This document shows positions 40,183 through 50,706 of a stretch of 64,000 nt of DNA, in pieces. The notes under the pieces are model-generated. The model had not been told where the DNA came from. It saw only the letters and a list, made by a program, of their open reading frames with translations, and searched no databases. The position numbers and the translations under genes are program-made. The stretch comes from an uncultured delta proteobacterium. GTDB lineage: Bacteria; Desulfobacterota; Binatia; Binatales; Binataceae. Position 1 is the first letter of the stretch. Each line of letters starts with the position of its first letter. The stretch covers positions 416,001-480,000 of the forward strand of contig CAVXXK010000001.1 in assembly GCA_963765675.1 (NCBI GenBank). The letters are read 5' to 3'.

Positions 40183-41690
40183 GAGCGTCTCCAGAGCTCG
40201 AAGCCGCGCAGCGCCGCCCACGGCGAGCGGTCGACTGTCGCGTTGGAAGAGTTTGCCGTCACGCGATTCCCAAGGCTTGCTCCTGGAGCACTCGTCGAGG
40301 TGAGTGCCGCCGCGATCAGTGCCGCGTCGGTCGTGGCACTATCCTCGGCCGGCCAGCGGGGAAAATGCTCCTCGATAAATCTCGTTGACAGATCGCCGCG
40401 AGCGAATGCCTCGCTCGCGATCACATCGCGCAGGAATCCCGCCGTATTGGTGACGCCAAGAATCGCAAGCTCGTCGAGCGCTCCGAGCATCCGCGTGCGC
40501 GCCTGCTTGCGGTCGGCGCCATAGGTGATCAGCTTGCCGAGCAGGCCGTCGTAGAATGCGCCGACCTCTGTCCCGCGTGCGAGATAACTATCGAAGCGGA
40601 CGCCCGGGCCCGCGGGAACGCGCAGCTCGAGCACGGTTCCAGTGGCGGGACGAAAACCCGCGGCGGCATCTTCGGCATTGATGCGGCATTCGATCGCATG
40701 GCCGCGCGGCGCGCTGGGCGCGGTTATTTTTTCGCCGCGCGCGATTTTGATCTGCTCGGCGACCAGATCGCATCCGAAACGAATCTCGGTAATCGGATGC
40801 TCGACTTGCAAACGCGCGTTCACTTCCAGGAAATAAAATTTTCCGTCTTCGACCAGGAACTCGGCCGTGCCCGCATTCGTATATCCCGCCGCTTGCGCAA
40901 GACGCGTGGCCGCCGCGAGCATCGCGTCGCGCGTTGCCTCGCCAAGTCCGGGCGCGGGTGACTCCTCTATGACCTTCTGATGCCGCCGCTGGATCGAGCA
41001 GTCGCGCTCGCCCATCGTGACGACGGTTCCATGCTCGTCGCCGAGAAACTGCACTTCGACGTGGCGCGGCCGCGCGAGGTATTTTTCTATGAACACGCGC
41101 CCGTCGCCGAACGCGGCCAGCGCCTCGCGCGATGCCGCTTCGAGCGCCGCGTCGAGGCCCAGCGCAGCCTCGACCACGCGCATCCCACGCCCTCCACCGC
41201 CCGCCGCCGCCTTGACCAGGATCGGATAGCCCTCGCGCTCGGCGAACGCGCGCGCGGCGGCCGGCTCCGCGGTTTCGATTCCGGGAACTACAGGAACGCC
41301 CGAAGCGAGCGCGAGTTTGCGCGCGGCGACTTTGTCGCCAAGCTGCGCCATCACGTCGCCACGCGGCCCGACGAAAATAATCCCGGCGTCGGTGACGGCG
41401 CGCGCGAAATCCGGCCGCTCCGAGAGAAATCCGTAGCCCGGATGAATCGCGTCGGCGCCGGCCTCGCGTGCGGCCGCGATTATCGCCGCGATATTCAGAT
41501 AGCTCTTCGCAGCTTCAGCCGGACCGATCAGGCGCGCATCGTCCGCCGCCGCAACGTGCGCGCCGTTCGCGTCGGGCTCGGAATATACCGCGACGGTTTT
41601 GATCCCCATCGCGCGCGCGGTGCGGATGATCCGGAGCGCAATCTCGCCGCGGTTGGCGACCAGCAACACGTTTAGCTTTCGCAGAGCCAT
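40179..41690 (-). CDS. Acyl-CoA carboxylase biotin carboxylase subunit
   Basis: ANRGEIA, HPGYGFLSE, GGGGRGM, ERDCSIQRRHQK, LQVEHP. Confidence 0.92.
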   Translation of the reverse strand: MALRKLNVLLVANRGEIALRIIRTARAMGIKTVAVYSEPDANGAHVAAADDARLIGPAEAAKSYLNIAAIIAAAREAGADAIHPGYGFLSERPDFARAVTDAGIIFVGPRGDVMAQLGDKVAARKLALASGVPVVPGIETAEPAAARAFAEREGYPILVKAAAGGGGRGMRVVEAALGLDAALEAASREALAAFGDGRVFIEKYLARPRHVEVQFLGDEHGTVVTMGERDCSIQRRHQKVIEESPAPGLGEATRDAMLAAATRLAQAAGYTNAGTAEFLVEDGKFYFLEVNARLQVEHPITEIRFGCDLVAEQIKIARGEKITAPSAPRGHAIECRINAEDAAAGFRPATGTVLELRVPAGPGVRFDSYLARGTEVGAFYDGLLGKLITYGADRKQARTRMLGALDELAILGVTNTAGFLRDVIASEAFARGDLSTRFIEEHFPRWPAEDSATTDAALIAAALTSTSAPGASLGNRVTANSSNATVDRSPWAALRGFELWRRS

Positions 41691-41781
41691 CGAAGCCGGA
41701 GCGTACCATATAGACGCCGCGCCTCAAGCGCGCAGCGCCGAGATTGCAACTGCCGGCCGCCTGAGATAATCCGGCGATACG

Positions 41782-42228
41782 ATGCCGCACTACTTCGACG
41801 ATTTCTCTCCGGGCCAGCTCTACAAACATTGGCCAGGCCGCACCATCACCGAGTTCGACAACACCTGGTTCACGCTGATGACGATGAACACCAACCCCAT
41901 TCATTTCGACGCGGCGTACGCGGCCAAGTCGCAGCACGGGCGATGCCTCGTCAACGGACTGCTGGTGCTCTCGACCGTGGTCGGAATGAGCGTGAAGGAT
42001 ATCAGCGAGAACGCGATCGCGAATCTCGAATACGAGTCGGCGCGGCATAGCGCCCCGACTTTCGCCGGCGACACGCTTTACGCCGAGACCACGATCCTGG
42101 AAACCACGCCCTCGCGAAGCAAAGCCGACCGCGGAATCGTCTACGTCGAGACGCGCGGGCTCAATCAGAACGGCGAGCAGGTGATGATCCTGCGCCGCCG
42201 CGTGCTGATCCCGCGCCGGCCGGCATGA
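41782..42228 (+). CDS. MaoC family dehydratase
   Basis: HWPGRTITEFDN, MNTNPIHFD, AIANL. Confidence 0.88.
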   Translation: MPHYFDDFSPGQLYKHWPGRTITEFDNTWFTLMTMNTNPIHFDAAYAAKSQHGRCLVNGLLVLSTVVGMSVKDISENAIANLEYESARHSAPTFAGDTLYAETTILETTPSRSKADRGIVYVETRGLNQNGEQVMILRRRVLIPRRPA

Positions 42229-42252
42229 ACGCGCAGCGCGAATAGTATTTCG

Positions 42253-45034
42253 ATGGATCAACTTTACTTCGTCGTTCATACCCATTGGGACCGCGAATGG
42301 TATCAACCGTTCCAACAGATGCGCGCGCGGCTGGTCGCGATGGCGGATCGGATGATCCCGCGGGTCGAGAGCGGCGAGATTCCGTTCTTCCACTTCGACG
42401 GACAGACGATCGTTCTCGACGACTACCTGGAAGTGCGGCCCGCGATGGCGCCGCGGCTGCGCGCACTTATCCGCGCGGGCAAAATCCAGGTCGGTCCGTG
42501 GTACGTGCTGGCCGATAGCTTCCTCGTGAGCGGCGAATCGCTCATTCGCAATCTCGAGATCGGAATCGAAACGGCGCGCCGCTTCGGCCGTCCGCTCGAC
42601 GTCGGCTATATTCCCGATCAGTTCGGACATATCGCGCAGCTCCCGCAGATTCTGGCCGGGTTCGGATTTTGCACCGCCGTGCTATGGCGCGGAGTCGGCG
42701 CCGACGTCACCGCAAATCGTTTCACGTGGGAAGCGCTCGACGGCTCGGCGGTCAGCGTCGTGTACCTGCCGTTCGGCTACTCGAACGGCGCAAATTTTCC
42801 GCTCGAGTCGGTCGAGAGTTTTCTTGTCCGCGCAAATCAGATCGCCGAGCGCGAGCGCGCGTATGCGCGACGGCGGTCCGATTCTGGTGATGACCGGCAC
42901 TGACCACACCGAGCCCGACCCACGGCTGGCCGCGCGGATTCGTGAAGCGCGCGAGGTCTCCGACTTGAGCGTCGAGCTCGGCCCACTCGAAGGCTTCGTC
43001 AACCGCGCGGACGCGCTCGCGCCCAATGGGCTGGCGCATCATCATGGCGAGATGCGCTCGCCCCTGCGCGCGCATCTGCTGCCCGGAGTCACGTCGGCAC
43101 GAACCTGGATCAAGCAGCGCGACTTCGCCAACTGCTACGCACTCGAGCGGCTGGCCGATCCGGTCGCGGCGCTCGCGTCGGCGCTCGGCGAGACTTCGAA
43201 GCATCGCGAATTTCTCGATCTCGCCTGGCGCCTCGAGCTGCAGAATCATCCGCACGATTCGATTTGCGGATGCTCGGTCGATCAGGTGCATACCGACATG
43301 CGCTACCGCTTCGATCAGGCCGCAATAATCGCGGAGAACGTGGTGCGCGCAGCCGCGGCGGAGGTTCTCGAGCACGGCGACGGCGGGCTGGGCGCGGCGA
43401 TCGCGGTGTTCAATCCGAGTTTCGCGCGCCGCGCGCTGGTCACGGGCGAGCTCGAGCTTCCCGATCCGGCCGCGAGATATTTCGTCCGCGAGCCGGACGA
43501 AGTGGCGATTCCGATCGCAGTCGAAGTTACCCGCGCCGCGCGCGCATTCGAAATGGAGCTGCGCGCCTCGGAGTTCAAACCGATGGTTGCGGCGCTCGTT
43601 CATCCGACCCTGATGAGCCGAACCGTCAACGGCTACGAGCTCAAGCAAGCCGGCGCGGGCCGGGTCGAGCTCGCGCTGACGATGAGTCGCGCGGCGACGA
43701 GCGAGCTTGACCTCGAGGAATTTCGCAACGCGATTCGTACGCAAATTGCTGACGACGCGATGATCCACATTCGCGCGACGAATGTCGCGCGATGCGCCAT
43801 CTCCTTCGTGGCCAACAACCTGACCCAGGCCGGTTTTACGTTCTACCGCCTGGAGCGTGAGCCTTCATCGACGGCGCCGGAGCATGCGACGCCGCGCGAT
43901 CGGATCGAAAACGAATTCTATCGGCTGGGTCCCACGTCCAACGGAATCGAAATCGAAGACCTGCGCGCCGGGCGGCGGCTCGCGCTGCACTTCGAGGACG
44001 ACGGCGACCGCGGCGACGAGTACAACTTCGATCCGGTCCTCGGAGCTGCGACGATTACCGCGCCCGCGAAGATCTCGTCACGCGTCATCGAGGACAGTCC
44101 GGCCCGCAAGCGAATAGCCGTCACGCTCGAATATGCGATTCCCGCCGCGTTAGCTCGAAACCGCGCCGCGCGCGACGCTCGGACTGAACCGCTCGAAATC
44201 GGGTTGTGCGCGACGCTTCACTCCGGTCTCGATCGGATCGATCTCGAAGCGCGCGTAAATAACCGCTCGCGCGATCATCGTCTGCGCGCTGCTCTGACGA
44301 CGCCGGTCGCCGCATCCGAATCGGTCCATGATACGAGTTTCGGAATTTTGCGGCGCCAGCTTGCCTACGCGGAACCTAAGGGAACCGAGGACCTCTATCC
44401 CACGGGACCGCATCGCACGTTCACCGCGGTCGAGTCGGCGGACTTTTCGGCGGCAATGATTAGCCGCGGCATCTACGAGGCTGAGGTGCGTGCGGATGCC
44501 GCGGGATCGACGATTCTGCTCACGCTGATTCGCGCGGTCGGGTGGCTCTCGCGATCGGATCTGGCCACGCGCCGCGGCGGCGCCGGACCCGAGCTCGAAA
44601 CTCCCGGGGCGCAGGAGCTGGGTGAGCATCGCTTCGAGTTCGCGGTCACCACCGCGAACGGCCGTCTGCTCGAGGGCGGGATCGTTCAGCGCGCCGCGGC
44701 ATACGCGGCGCCTCCGAGGATGTTCGCCGCACCGCGCACCGCCGGGGCACTGCCGAGTTTGATTTCGTGTGATAACCCGCGGATCGCGTTTTCAACCGCG
44801 CGCCCCGGCCCGCGCCCGGGCTCTTACTGCGCCAGGGTTTTCAGCAATTCGCCCGAGACCGAGCATGCGCAATTCCGCTTCCACGAGGCGATGCGTGCGC
44901 GCGTCATCGATCTGGCCGGAAACGCGGTGAAGCACGCCGGGATGAGCCGCAAGCGCGGCGGCGCGCTTGAGCTCGAACTCCGGCCGTTCGAGATCGTCAC
45001 GTTCGAGGTCACGCGACGCAAGCCGGCGCAGTGA
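42253..45034 (+). CDS. GH38 alpha-mannosidase/mannosylglycerate-hydrolase-like protein, frameshift near 42865
   Basis: HTHWDREWY, DGQT, PDQFGH in frame 1; GTDH, HPHDSICGCSVD, DRGDEYNF, DHRLR in frame 2. Confidence 0.85.
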
Positions 45035-45142
45035 AGAAAAATATTTTCGCCAGAGGCCCGCAAGTCATTGATCAACGCGCGCAAATCACTATTTTGGATC
45101 GTGCGAAAGGCGTTACGCGCATCCGCGCGGCGCGACGAAAGT

Positions 45143-45168
45143 GGAACTGATGAGAACGAAGGAGCGTT
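45143..45168 (+). promoter_or_regulatory. Candidate ECF sigma promoter
   Basis: GGAAC-17 bp-CGTT, ending 12 nt before ATG 45181. Confidence 0.5.
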
Positions 45169-45180
45169 AGCCGAAGAAAA

Positions 45181-45399
45181 ATGAACGATCGACCCACCGC
45201 GGTCCGTACCGTGTACGACTATCCCGTCGCGAGCCACCTGTGCAGCGACGGAAGCGTGCGCTACGTCAAGCTGGTCCGCAAATCCGGCAACCCACAGCCG
45301 GAAGGCACCTGCACCACCTGCCAATTATCTTTTCAATACCGCAAACCCAAACCTTCGTCCGTACGGCATCCAGAGGGCGAAGGCATCACGCACTTTTAA
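45181..45399 (+). CDS. Small hypothetical protein with HLC and CTTC motifs
   Basis: 72 aa ORF filling an intergenic gap, host-like codon usage. Confidence 0.55.
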   Translation: MNDRPTAVRTVYDYPVASHLCSDGSVRYVKLVRKSGNPQPEGTCTTCQLSFQYRKPKPSSVRHPEGEGITHF

Positions 45400-45421
45400 G
45401 CCGACCGCCACCCCGCGCGTA

Positions 45422-46249
45422 TCACCTGAGCGGCGTCTGCTGGGCAGCATCCTCCGATGCCGCAGGCATCGTTGTGCGCGCGAGCAGGATGTCCGGGCCT
45501 TTATAGAATCGCGCGAGCGCCGCGCCGACAAACTCCCAGCCGTGATGCGGGTCGAACCACGCATTCAGATGCGGGACGAACGGCGCCATGATCAAATTGA
45601 GCCATCCAAAGTCTGGCTTCAGATCGACTTCCACCATCCCTGGCTGATCCATCGGCGAATTAGTCTGGGCTTGGGCGATCGATACCTTAACCGGAAAGAT
45701 CTTCGGGCTTGGCGCGCAATTGAAAACGTGCGTCTGGAGTGTGCCGAAGCCACCGCGGCGCAAATAATCCTGAATCGGAACCATCACCGAGGCTCCGGCC
45801 CAGATGTCTGCTGGCGGGGTAAGCTGGATCGTCTGGGTCTCGGGCGGCTGGCTGCGAAAATCGATGCAGGTTGCAAGCCCCGACTTCACGTCGAAATTGC
45901 TCTGAAACTCCGGCGCGCCGTTGGCCAGAAAAAAATAGTGATCCGCGGATGCAAGGACCGGCAGCTCACCGGCCGGCCTATCGAACCGATCGGTTTCGAA
46001 ATCATACTGGCCGCTGGCATAGCGGTCGTCGCCGTGCAGCGCGAGCCCGTCGCCCTCCTTCGTAACGGCATAGTGCGCGTGGCCGATTACGCTTCGGCTC
46101 GCGGGATCCAGAATCTCGAAGTCGGCCGACGAAAATCCCAGCAATGTGCTCGCTGGAGCGGCCACCGCCGGCGAACGGGATATGGTAAGCGCCCCCAGAA
46201 GGAGAATCGTCGCCGTCGCCGGCATCCGGATCGAACGCAATAGTTTCAT
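45422..46249 (-). CDS. Exported hypothetical protein
   Basis: Signal-peptide-like N-terminus (ILLLGALTISRSPAVAA); the upstream part of the ORF-track call is a shadow of the MFS gene. Confidence 0.65.
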   Translation of the reverse strand: MKLLRSIRMPATATILLLGALTISRSPAVAAPASTLLGFSSADFEILDPASRSVIGHAHYAVTKEGDGLALHGDDRYASGQYDFETDRFDRPAGELPVLASADHYFFLANGAPEFQSNFDVKSGLATCIDFRSQPPETQTIQLTPPADIWAGASVMVPIQDYLRRGGFGTLQTHVFNCAPSPKIFPVKVSIAQAQTNSPMDQPGMVEVDLKPDFGWLNLIMAPFVPHLNAWFDPHHGWEFVGAALARFYKGPDILLARTTMPAASEDAAQQTPLR

Positions 46250-46330
46250 CCTGGCCCGCATAGTCGCGCAGGGTAAGGCTTGCTCCGGGCGCGGCAATTT
46301 GGGAGCTTGATCGCCTCTGAGATTTTCCGT

Positions 46331-47659
46331 GTGAATCCCCCGCAAGACAACCCCGAATCTTCCGTCCAGGGCGAGCGTGCGGCAATCGCGCTCGACATTG
46401 CGCCGCGCAGCGCCAACTACCTGTGGATGCTGCTCGGGCTGCTGATGTCGGTGACCATTTTCGAGGGTTACGACGTCACCATCTTTCATCTCTGCACGCC
46501 CGATATCGCGCGCTCGTTTCATCTCGACAATCGCGCGATCGGAACCCTTGCGTCGCTGGTCAGGCTCGGAGGGATGGCCGCGTTTCTGCTGGTGATGGCT
46601 TCGGACCGGGTCGGACGCAAACCGATCGTTTCCGGAACAGTTCTGTTCTACACCCTGTTCACGCTGCTGACCGCGCTTTCGACCGGGCTCGGCAGCTTCA
46701 CGATCTTCCAAAGCCTCGCGCAGCTCTTTTTGTCGGCCGAATTCAGTATCGCGATTATCATGGTCAGCGAGGAATTCCCCGACAACCTGCGCGGACGCGG
46801 AATCGCCGCGCTGCAGACCGTCGGCCTGTTCGGCGTCGTCGCCGGCGGCGAACTGTACGGCGTCGTAGCGGATTCGCGATGGGGCTGGCGCGGAATGTAT
46901 TTCATCGGAATCCTTCCGCTGCTGTTGGTCGCGTTTCTGCGCCGCGGACTGAAGGAAACCGCGCGTTTCGAGGCGTTCAAAGCCTCGCGCGTTGTGACGG
47001 CAAACTGGCTCAGCGAGATCGGCGCGGCTTTGCGCACCGCGATCGAGCCGATTCGCGGGCCTTATCGGAGCCGCGTGCTGCTGGTGGCGCTGCTGTGGAA
47101 TTGCGTGGGCATCGTCGGCTCGCCGGCGGTCACGTTTTTCAGCCTCTACGCCAAACGCGATCATCATTGGACTTCGTCACAGATCGGGCACGCCGTCGTG
47201 CTGGCGTACGTAATCGGCGCGCTCGGCAATATCGTCGCCGGATGGGCGCTGGATCGGATCGGGCGCAAGCCCACGACCGGAACCAGTTACGTCGTCGGCG
47301 CATTCGCGATCCTCGCGCTGTTTCAGACCGAGAGCCACAGCGCGATGCTGACGGCGCTGGTCATCACCGTGTTCGCATTTCAGTGCGCACGCACCGCGAC
47401 CGCGACTTATTCGGCGGAGCTGTTCCCGACCGAAATCCGCGCGACTTCGTACAGCATGACCGTGCAGCTCTTCGGACAGATCGCCAGCCTGCTGACGCCG
47501 TTTACGATTGGCGCGCTCTCGAATTCGGTCGGCGGACTCGGCAACGCGGTTGCGATCGTCTCGATCGGTCCGGTGATCGGCGCGCTTCTGGTCTGGCGTT
47601 TCGCGCCGGAGACGCGCGGGTTGACGCTTGAGCAACTCGAAACCCGAGGAGTGGGTTAA
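46331..47659 (+). CDS. MFS transporter (sugar/aromatic acid type)
   Basis: EGYD, SDRVGRK, EEFP..LRG, DRIGRK, ELFPTEIRA, PETRG. Confidence 0.9.
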   Translation: MNPPQDNPESSVQGERAAIALDIAPRSANYLWMLLGLLMSVTIFEGYDVTIFHLCTPDIARSFHLDNRAIGTLASLVRLGGMAAFLLVMASDRVGRKPIVSGTVLFYTLFTLLTALSTGLGSFTIFQSLAQLFLSAEFSIAIIMVSEEFPDNLRGRGIAALQTVGLFGVVAGGELYGVVADSRWGWRGMYFIGILPLLLVAFLRRGLKETARFEAFKASRVVTANWLSEIGAALRTAIEPIRGPYRSRVLLVALLWNCVGIVGSPAVTFFSLYAKRDHHWTSSQIGHAVVLAYVIGALGNIVAGWALDRIGRKPTTGTSYVVGAFAILALFQTESHSAMLTALVITVFAFQCARTATATYSAELFPTEIRATSYSMTVQLFGQIASLLTPFTIGALSNSVGGLGNAVAIVSIGPVIGALLVWRFAPETRGLTLEQLETRGVG

Positions 47660-47669
47660 GAACGCCGCG

Positions 47670-48296
47670 ATGCTCGACACGATCCTCGGCGAGAGTTCTG
47701 ACATCCGGAAGCTACAATCGGTGCTCGCGCGCGCGATGTTTCGCGTCGGCGTCAGCGCGAATCGTCGCCACCGCGCTCGCGGCGATTACCGGAATCGCGG
47801 CGGGAATCGCGTTCGGCGAAAGGCTCCGCCGGATGGGGGATCGCGATGCTCGCGCTGAGCGCCGCGCTCGACGCGATCGACGGCACGATCGCGCGCGAGT
47901 GCGCCGCGCCGAGCGCGCTCGGCGGCGTTTTCGATCTGGTCTCGGACCGCGTGGTCGAGACCGCCGTGATAATCGGCATCGCGTGGGGCCACGCCGAGCT
48001 TTACTTCCCCGCGCTCGCGCTGGTCGGAAGCTGGTACGTGAATATCACGGTGTTCCTCGCGGTCGGCGCGGCGCTCGAGCGCCACGGCCCCAAGCTGATC
48101 GAGTATCCGCCGGGAATCCTCGAGCGCACCGAGGCGCTCGTCGTTCTTCGTGATCCTCGCCAGCGTCGAGTCGATCGGGTTTCTCCATCCAGCCGGACCA
48201 ATCCTGTGTTATGCGATGACCGCGCTGGAAATAGTAACCGGCGCTCAGCGCCTTATCTTCGGATGGCGGATGCTCTCCTCCGCGCCGCCGCGCTGA
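47670..48296 (+). pseudogene. CDP-alcohol phosphatidyltransferase family gene with frameshifts
   Basis: DAIDGTIAR..GGVFDLVSDR signature and ERTEA; N- and C-terminal parts lie in other frames. Confidence 0.75.
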
Positions 48297-48314
48297 TCAA
48301 GAAACAAGACGGCC

Positions 48315-49224
48315 ATGTCGTCCGACGCGACGCTGGTTCTGCGACTAAGACCTTCGCGAAGTAAAGCGCGAGAGGCGGCGGTCGCCGAGGTTCTCGCTCT
48401 TCTTCGCGGCCTCGACGCGCATGCATCGTCCGGTCCGTTGTCAGAAGTTTCCGGGGTCGCCTGGGTCGCGCTTCCCGAAGCTAACCTCAAAAGCGCGGTG
48501 AGCCGCCTGCGGCCATTGGGCTACACCGGGTCAATCGATCTGGTTGCTCCGCTGAAAAATGTCGGTCCAGCACGACCGGAAAGAAACCGCGCGATGGAAA
48601 GGACGCGAATTCGCATTGGTTCGCCTGTACGAGGAATCAGACGAGACCCTCAGGATCAACGCTCCCGATCAACGGACTTTTCTTCTGGAGTGCGGTGACG
48701 GCGTGGTTCGCGCCATCGCGGGATACCGGGGCGGAAGAGGAGCGCTGGAGCATCGTGCGCTGCCGGTAGCCGACGCCCGGCTTCTCGTAAATCTGGTTAC
48801 ACCTCTGCGCAGTGGCCGCCTGCTCGATCCATTCGCCGGTGCGGGGGGCGTTATTCTTGAGGCGAATTCGAGAGGGTTCGCTACCGTTAGTTTGGACCGC
48901 GATCCTGCCCTTCGATTTGGACTAAGTGGAATCTCGGCCCACCACATCGTGGGTGATGCGGCCGCGCTGCCCTTCGAAGCGCGCACATTTGATGCGGTCG
49001 CGACAGAGCCGCCGTACCACGCAAGTGCGCTCGATAAGATCATTGCCTCGATCTCAGAGGTGGCAAGGGTGATCCGGCGCGGCGGGCGCATTGCATTCCT
49101 GGTTGCATCCAAACAAACCGCCGTCGTCCGCAGTGCCGGCGAGCGTGCGGGTTTGACACTGGAACTCGAAGCTGCGATCAACCGCAAAGGCGTCGAGGTC
49201 ACGTGCATATGCTGGCGCCGATAA
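48315..49224 (+). CDS. TRM11/UPF0020-like methyltransferase, frameshift near 48575
   Basis: ARLLVNL, LLDPFAGAGG, ATEPPY; N-terminal part in ORF 48315. Confidence 0.65.
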
Positions 49225-49296
49225 TGATGGCGCCAAGAACGCATTTGCGCGCTGGTCGGCGGAGCAGGGGCCGAACTGGGTAGTGACAGAACTGTC

Positions 49297-49998
49297 GTGA
49301 AGCACATCGGCATTGTCGCGGTTAGCGCCGAAGGAGCAGCGCTTTGTTACCGCACGATCTGTCTCGAAGGCGCGGCGATTCTTGGGCCGCATGACCATCC
49401 GGAGATCAGCCTGCACGGGTTCTCGCTCCGCAGATATCAGCGCCTCATCGACGACGATCATTGGGCCGCGGTGGGTGGGATGATGCTGGAGTCGGCCGCG
49501 AAACTCGTCGGGTCCGGAGCGCAATTGCTGATCTGCCCCGACAACACTGTCCACCAGGGGCTCGATCTTGTCCGCGAGCGTTCACCTGCGCCGTGGATCC
49601 ACATTGCCGAGGAAGTCTCCGATGAGGCTCAGCGGCGCGGCTTCAGGCGGCTCGCCATTCTCGGAACGCGCTTCCTGATGGAAGGTCCGGTGTATCGGTC
49701 CAAGCTCGCAACAGCGGGCATCGACTGCCGCGTTCCGAACATAGAGGAACGCATGCGTATCAATCAGATCATTTACGATGAGTTGGTCTACGCGCGCTTC
49801 CTTCCGGAGTCGCGCGCGTATTTTCAAAATGTAATCCGCGAGCTTGGCGAGGGCGGCTGCGATGCGGTCGCGCTGGCCTGCACCGAGATTCCGTTGCTCA
49901 TAAGCGCCGCCGACTCTCCGTTGCCGATCCTCGACTCGACGCGCATCCTCGCTCGGGCAGCTCTCCGTAGGGCGACTTCACCGGAGAACGCAAAATAG
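49297..49998 (+). CDS. Aspartate/glutamate racemase family protein
   Basis: CPDNTVH, LGTRFLM, LACTEIPL. Confidence 0.88.
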   Translation: MKHIGIVAVSAEGAALCYRTICLEGAAILGPHDHPEISLHGFSLRRYQRLIDDDHWAAVGGMMLESAAKLVGSGAQLLICPDNTVHQGLDLVRERSPAPWIHIAEEVSDEAQRRGFRRLAILGTRFLMEGPVYRSKLATAGIDCRVPNIEERMRINQIIYDELVYARFLPESRAYFQNVIRELGEGGCDAVALACTEIPLLISAADSPLPILDSTRILARAALRRATSPENAK

Positions 49999-50022
49999 TT
50001 ACGGTCGTAGAGGTTAGGTCGA

Positions 50023-50391
50023 ATGGCATCGGAAAAGACGCTCTACAAGAGGATTGGCGGCTACGATGTGCTCGCGGCAGTCGTGGATGAGTTCCTTCGC
50101 ACGCTCTCGTCCGATCCGCGGATGGCGCGGTTCACGGCGAGTTACGAATCGCGCAAGCGCAACCGCCAGCTCACACTTGACTACCTCTGTGCGGCGACTG
50201 GAGGTCCGACTTTCTATCTCGGCAGAGATATGAAAACCGCGCATGCGGGTTTGGGGATCTCCGCGGACGAGTGGACGATGTCGCTGGATCACATCCAGCG
50301 TGCGCTCGTCAAATTCAAGATAGCGGAGCCGGAGAGCAGAGACCTCGTCGCGCTGTTTTCCAGTCTTAGGGATCAGGTGGTCGAGCGCTAG
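50023..50391 (+). CDS. Group I truncated haemoglobin
   Basis: LYKRIGG, ATGGP..Y.GRDMKTAH (proximal His). Confidence 0.88.
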   Translation: MASEKTLYKRIGGYDVLAAVVDEFLRTLSSDPRMARFTASYESRKRNRQLTLDYLCAATGGPTFYLGRDMKTAHAGLGISADEWTMSLDHIQRALVKFKIAEPESRDLVALFSSLRDQVVER

Positions 50392-50428
50392 CACCTGCAT
50401 CAGCGGGTCGCGAAACCCGCTAATATGG

Positions 50429-50664
50429 CGGGTGGGAGAGGTGAGAGTTTTCTATGTCGTCACGGCCGAAACGGTTGAAATCCTCGGGATCGTCACAAAA
50501 GGCGGCCGGCGTCCTTGATCGGTTTCGAAAATGACGACGACTGGTTCGATTATCGCCTCGAGCACGATCGCGAGTTTTTGCGGCGGGTGGCCGATGCACG
50601 AGAAGCGCTCCGGGCTGGGCGCGGTGTTCGGCTCGAACAACTGCCGCCCAGGCGGTCTGGTTGA
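50429..50664 (+). pseudogene. Collapsed RelE toxin / Phd-YefM antitoxin remnant
   Basis: RVGEVRVFYVVTAETVEILGIVTK (RelE C-terminus) joined to LIGFENDDDWFDYRLEHDREFLRRVADAREALRAGRGVRLE (Phd C-terminus). Confidence 0.7.
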
Positions 50665-50706
50665 CAGTCGGCCGCTGAGTTCGCAGCATGGCGGGCGTAG
50701 GTCAAA

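Noticed and set aside
45147-45180. CTGATGAG hammerhead-like core
   Set aside because: No correctly placed GAAA or stems I and III; better explained as the spacer of an ECF promoter
13115-47167. Many long alternative-frame ORFs (e.g. 13115-14368, 16505-17587, 21157-22392, upstream part of 45422-47167)
   Set aside because: Arg/Ala/Ser-rich shadow frames of real genes, expected in GC-rich DNA
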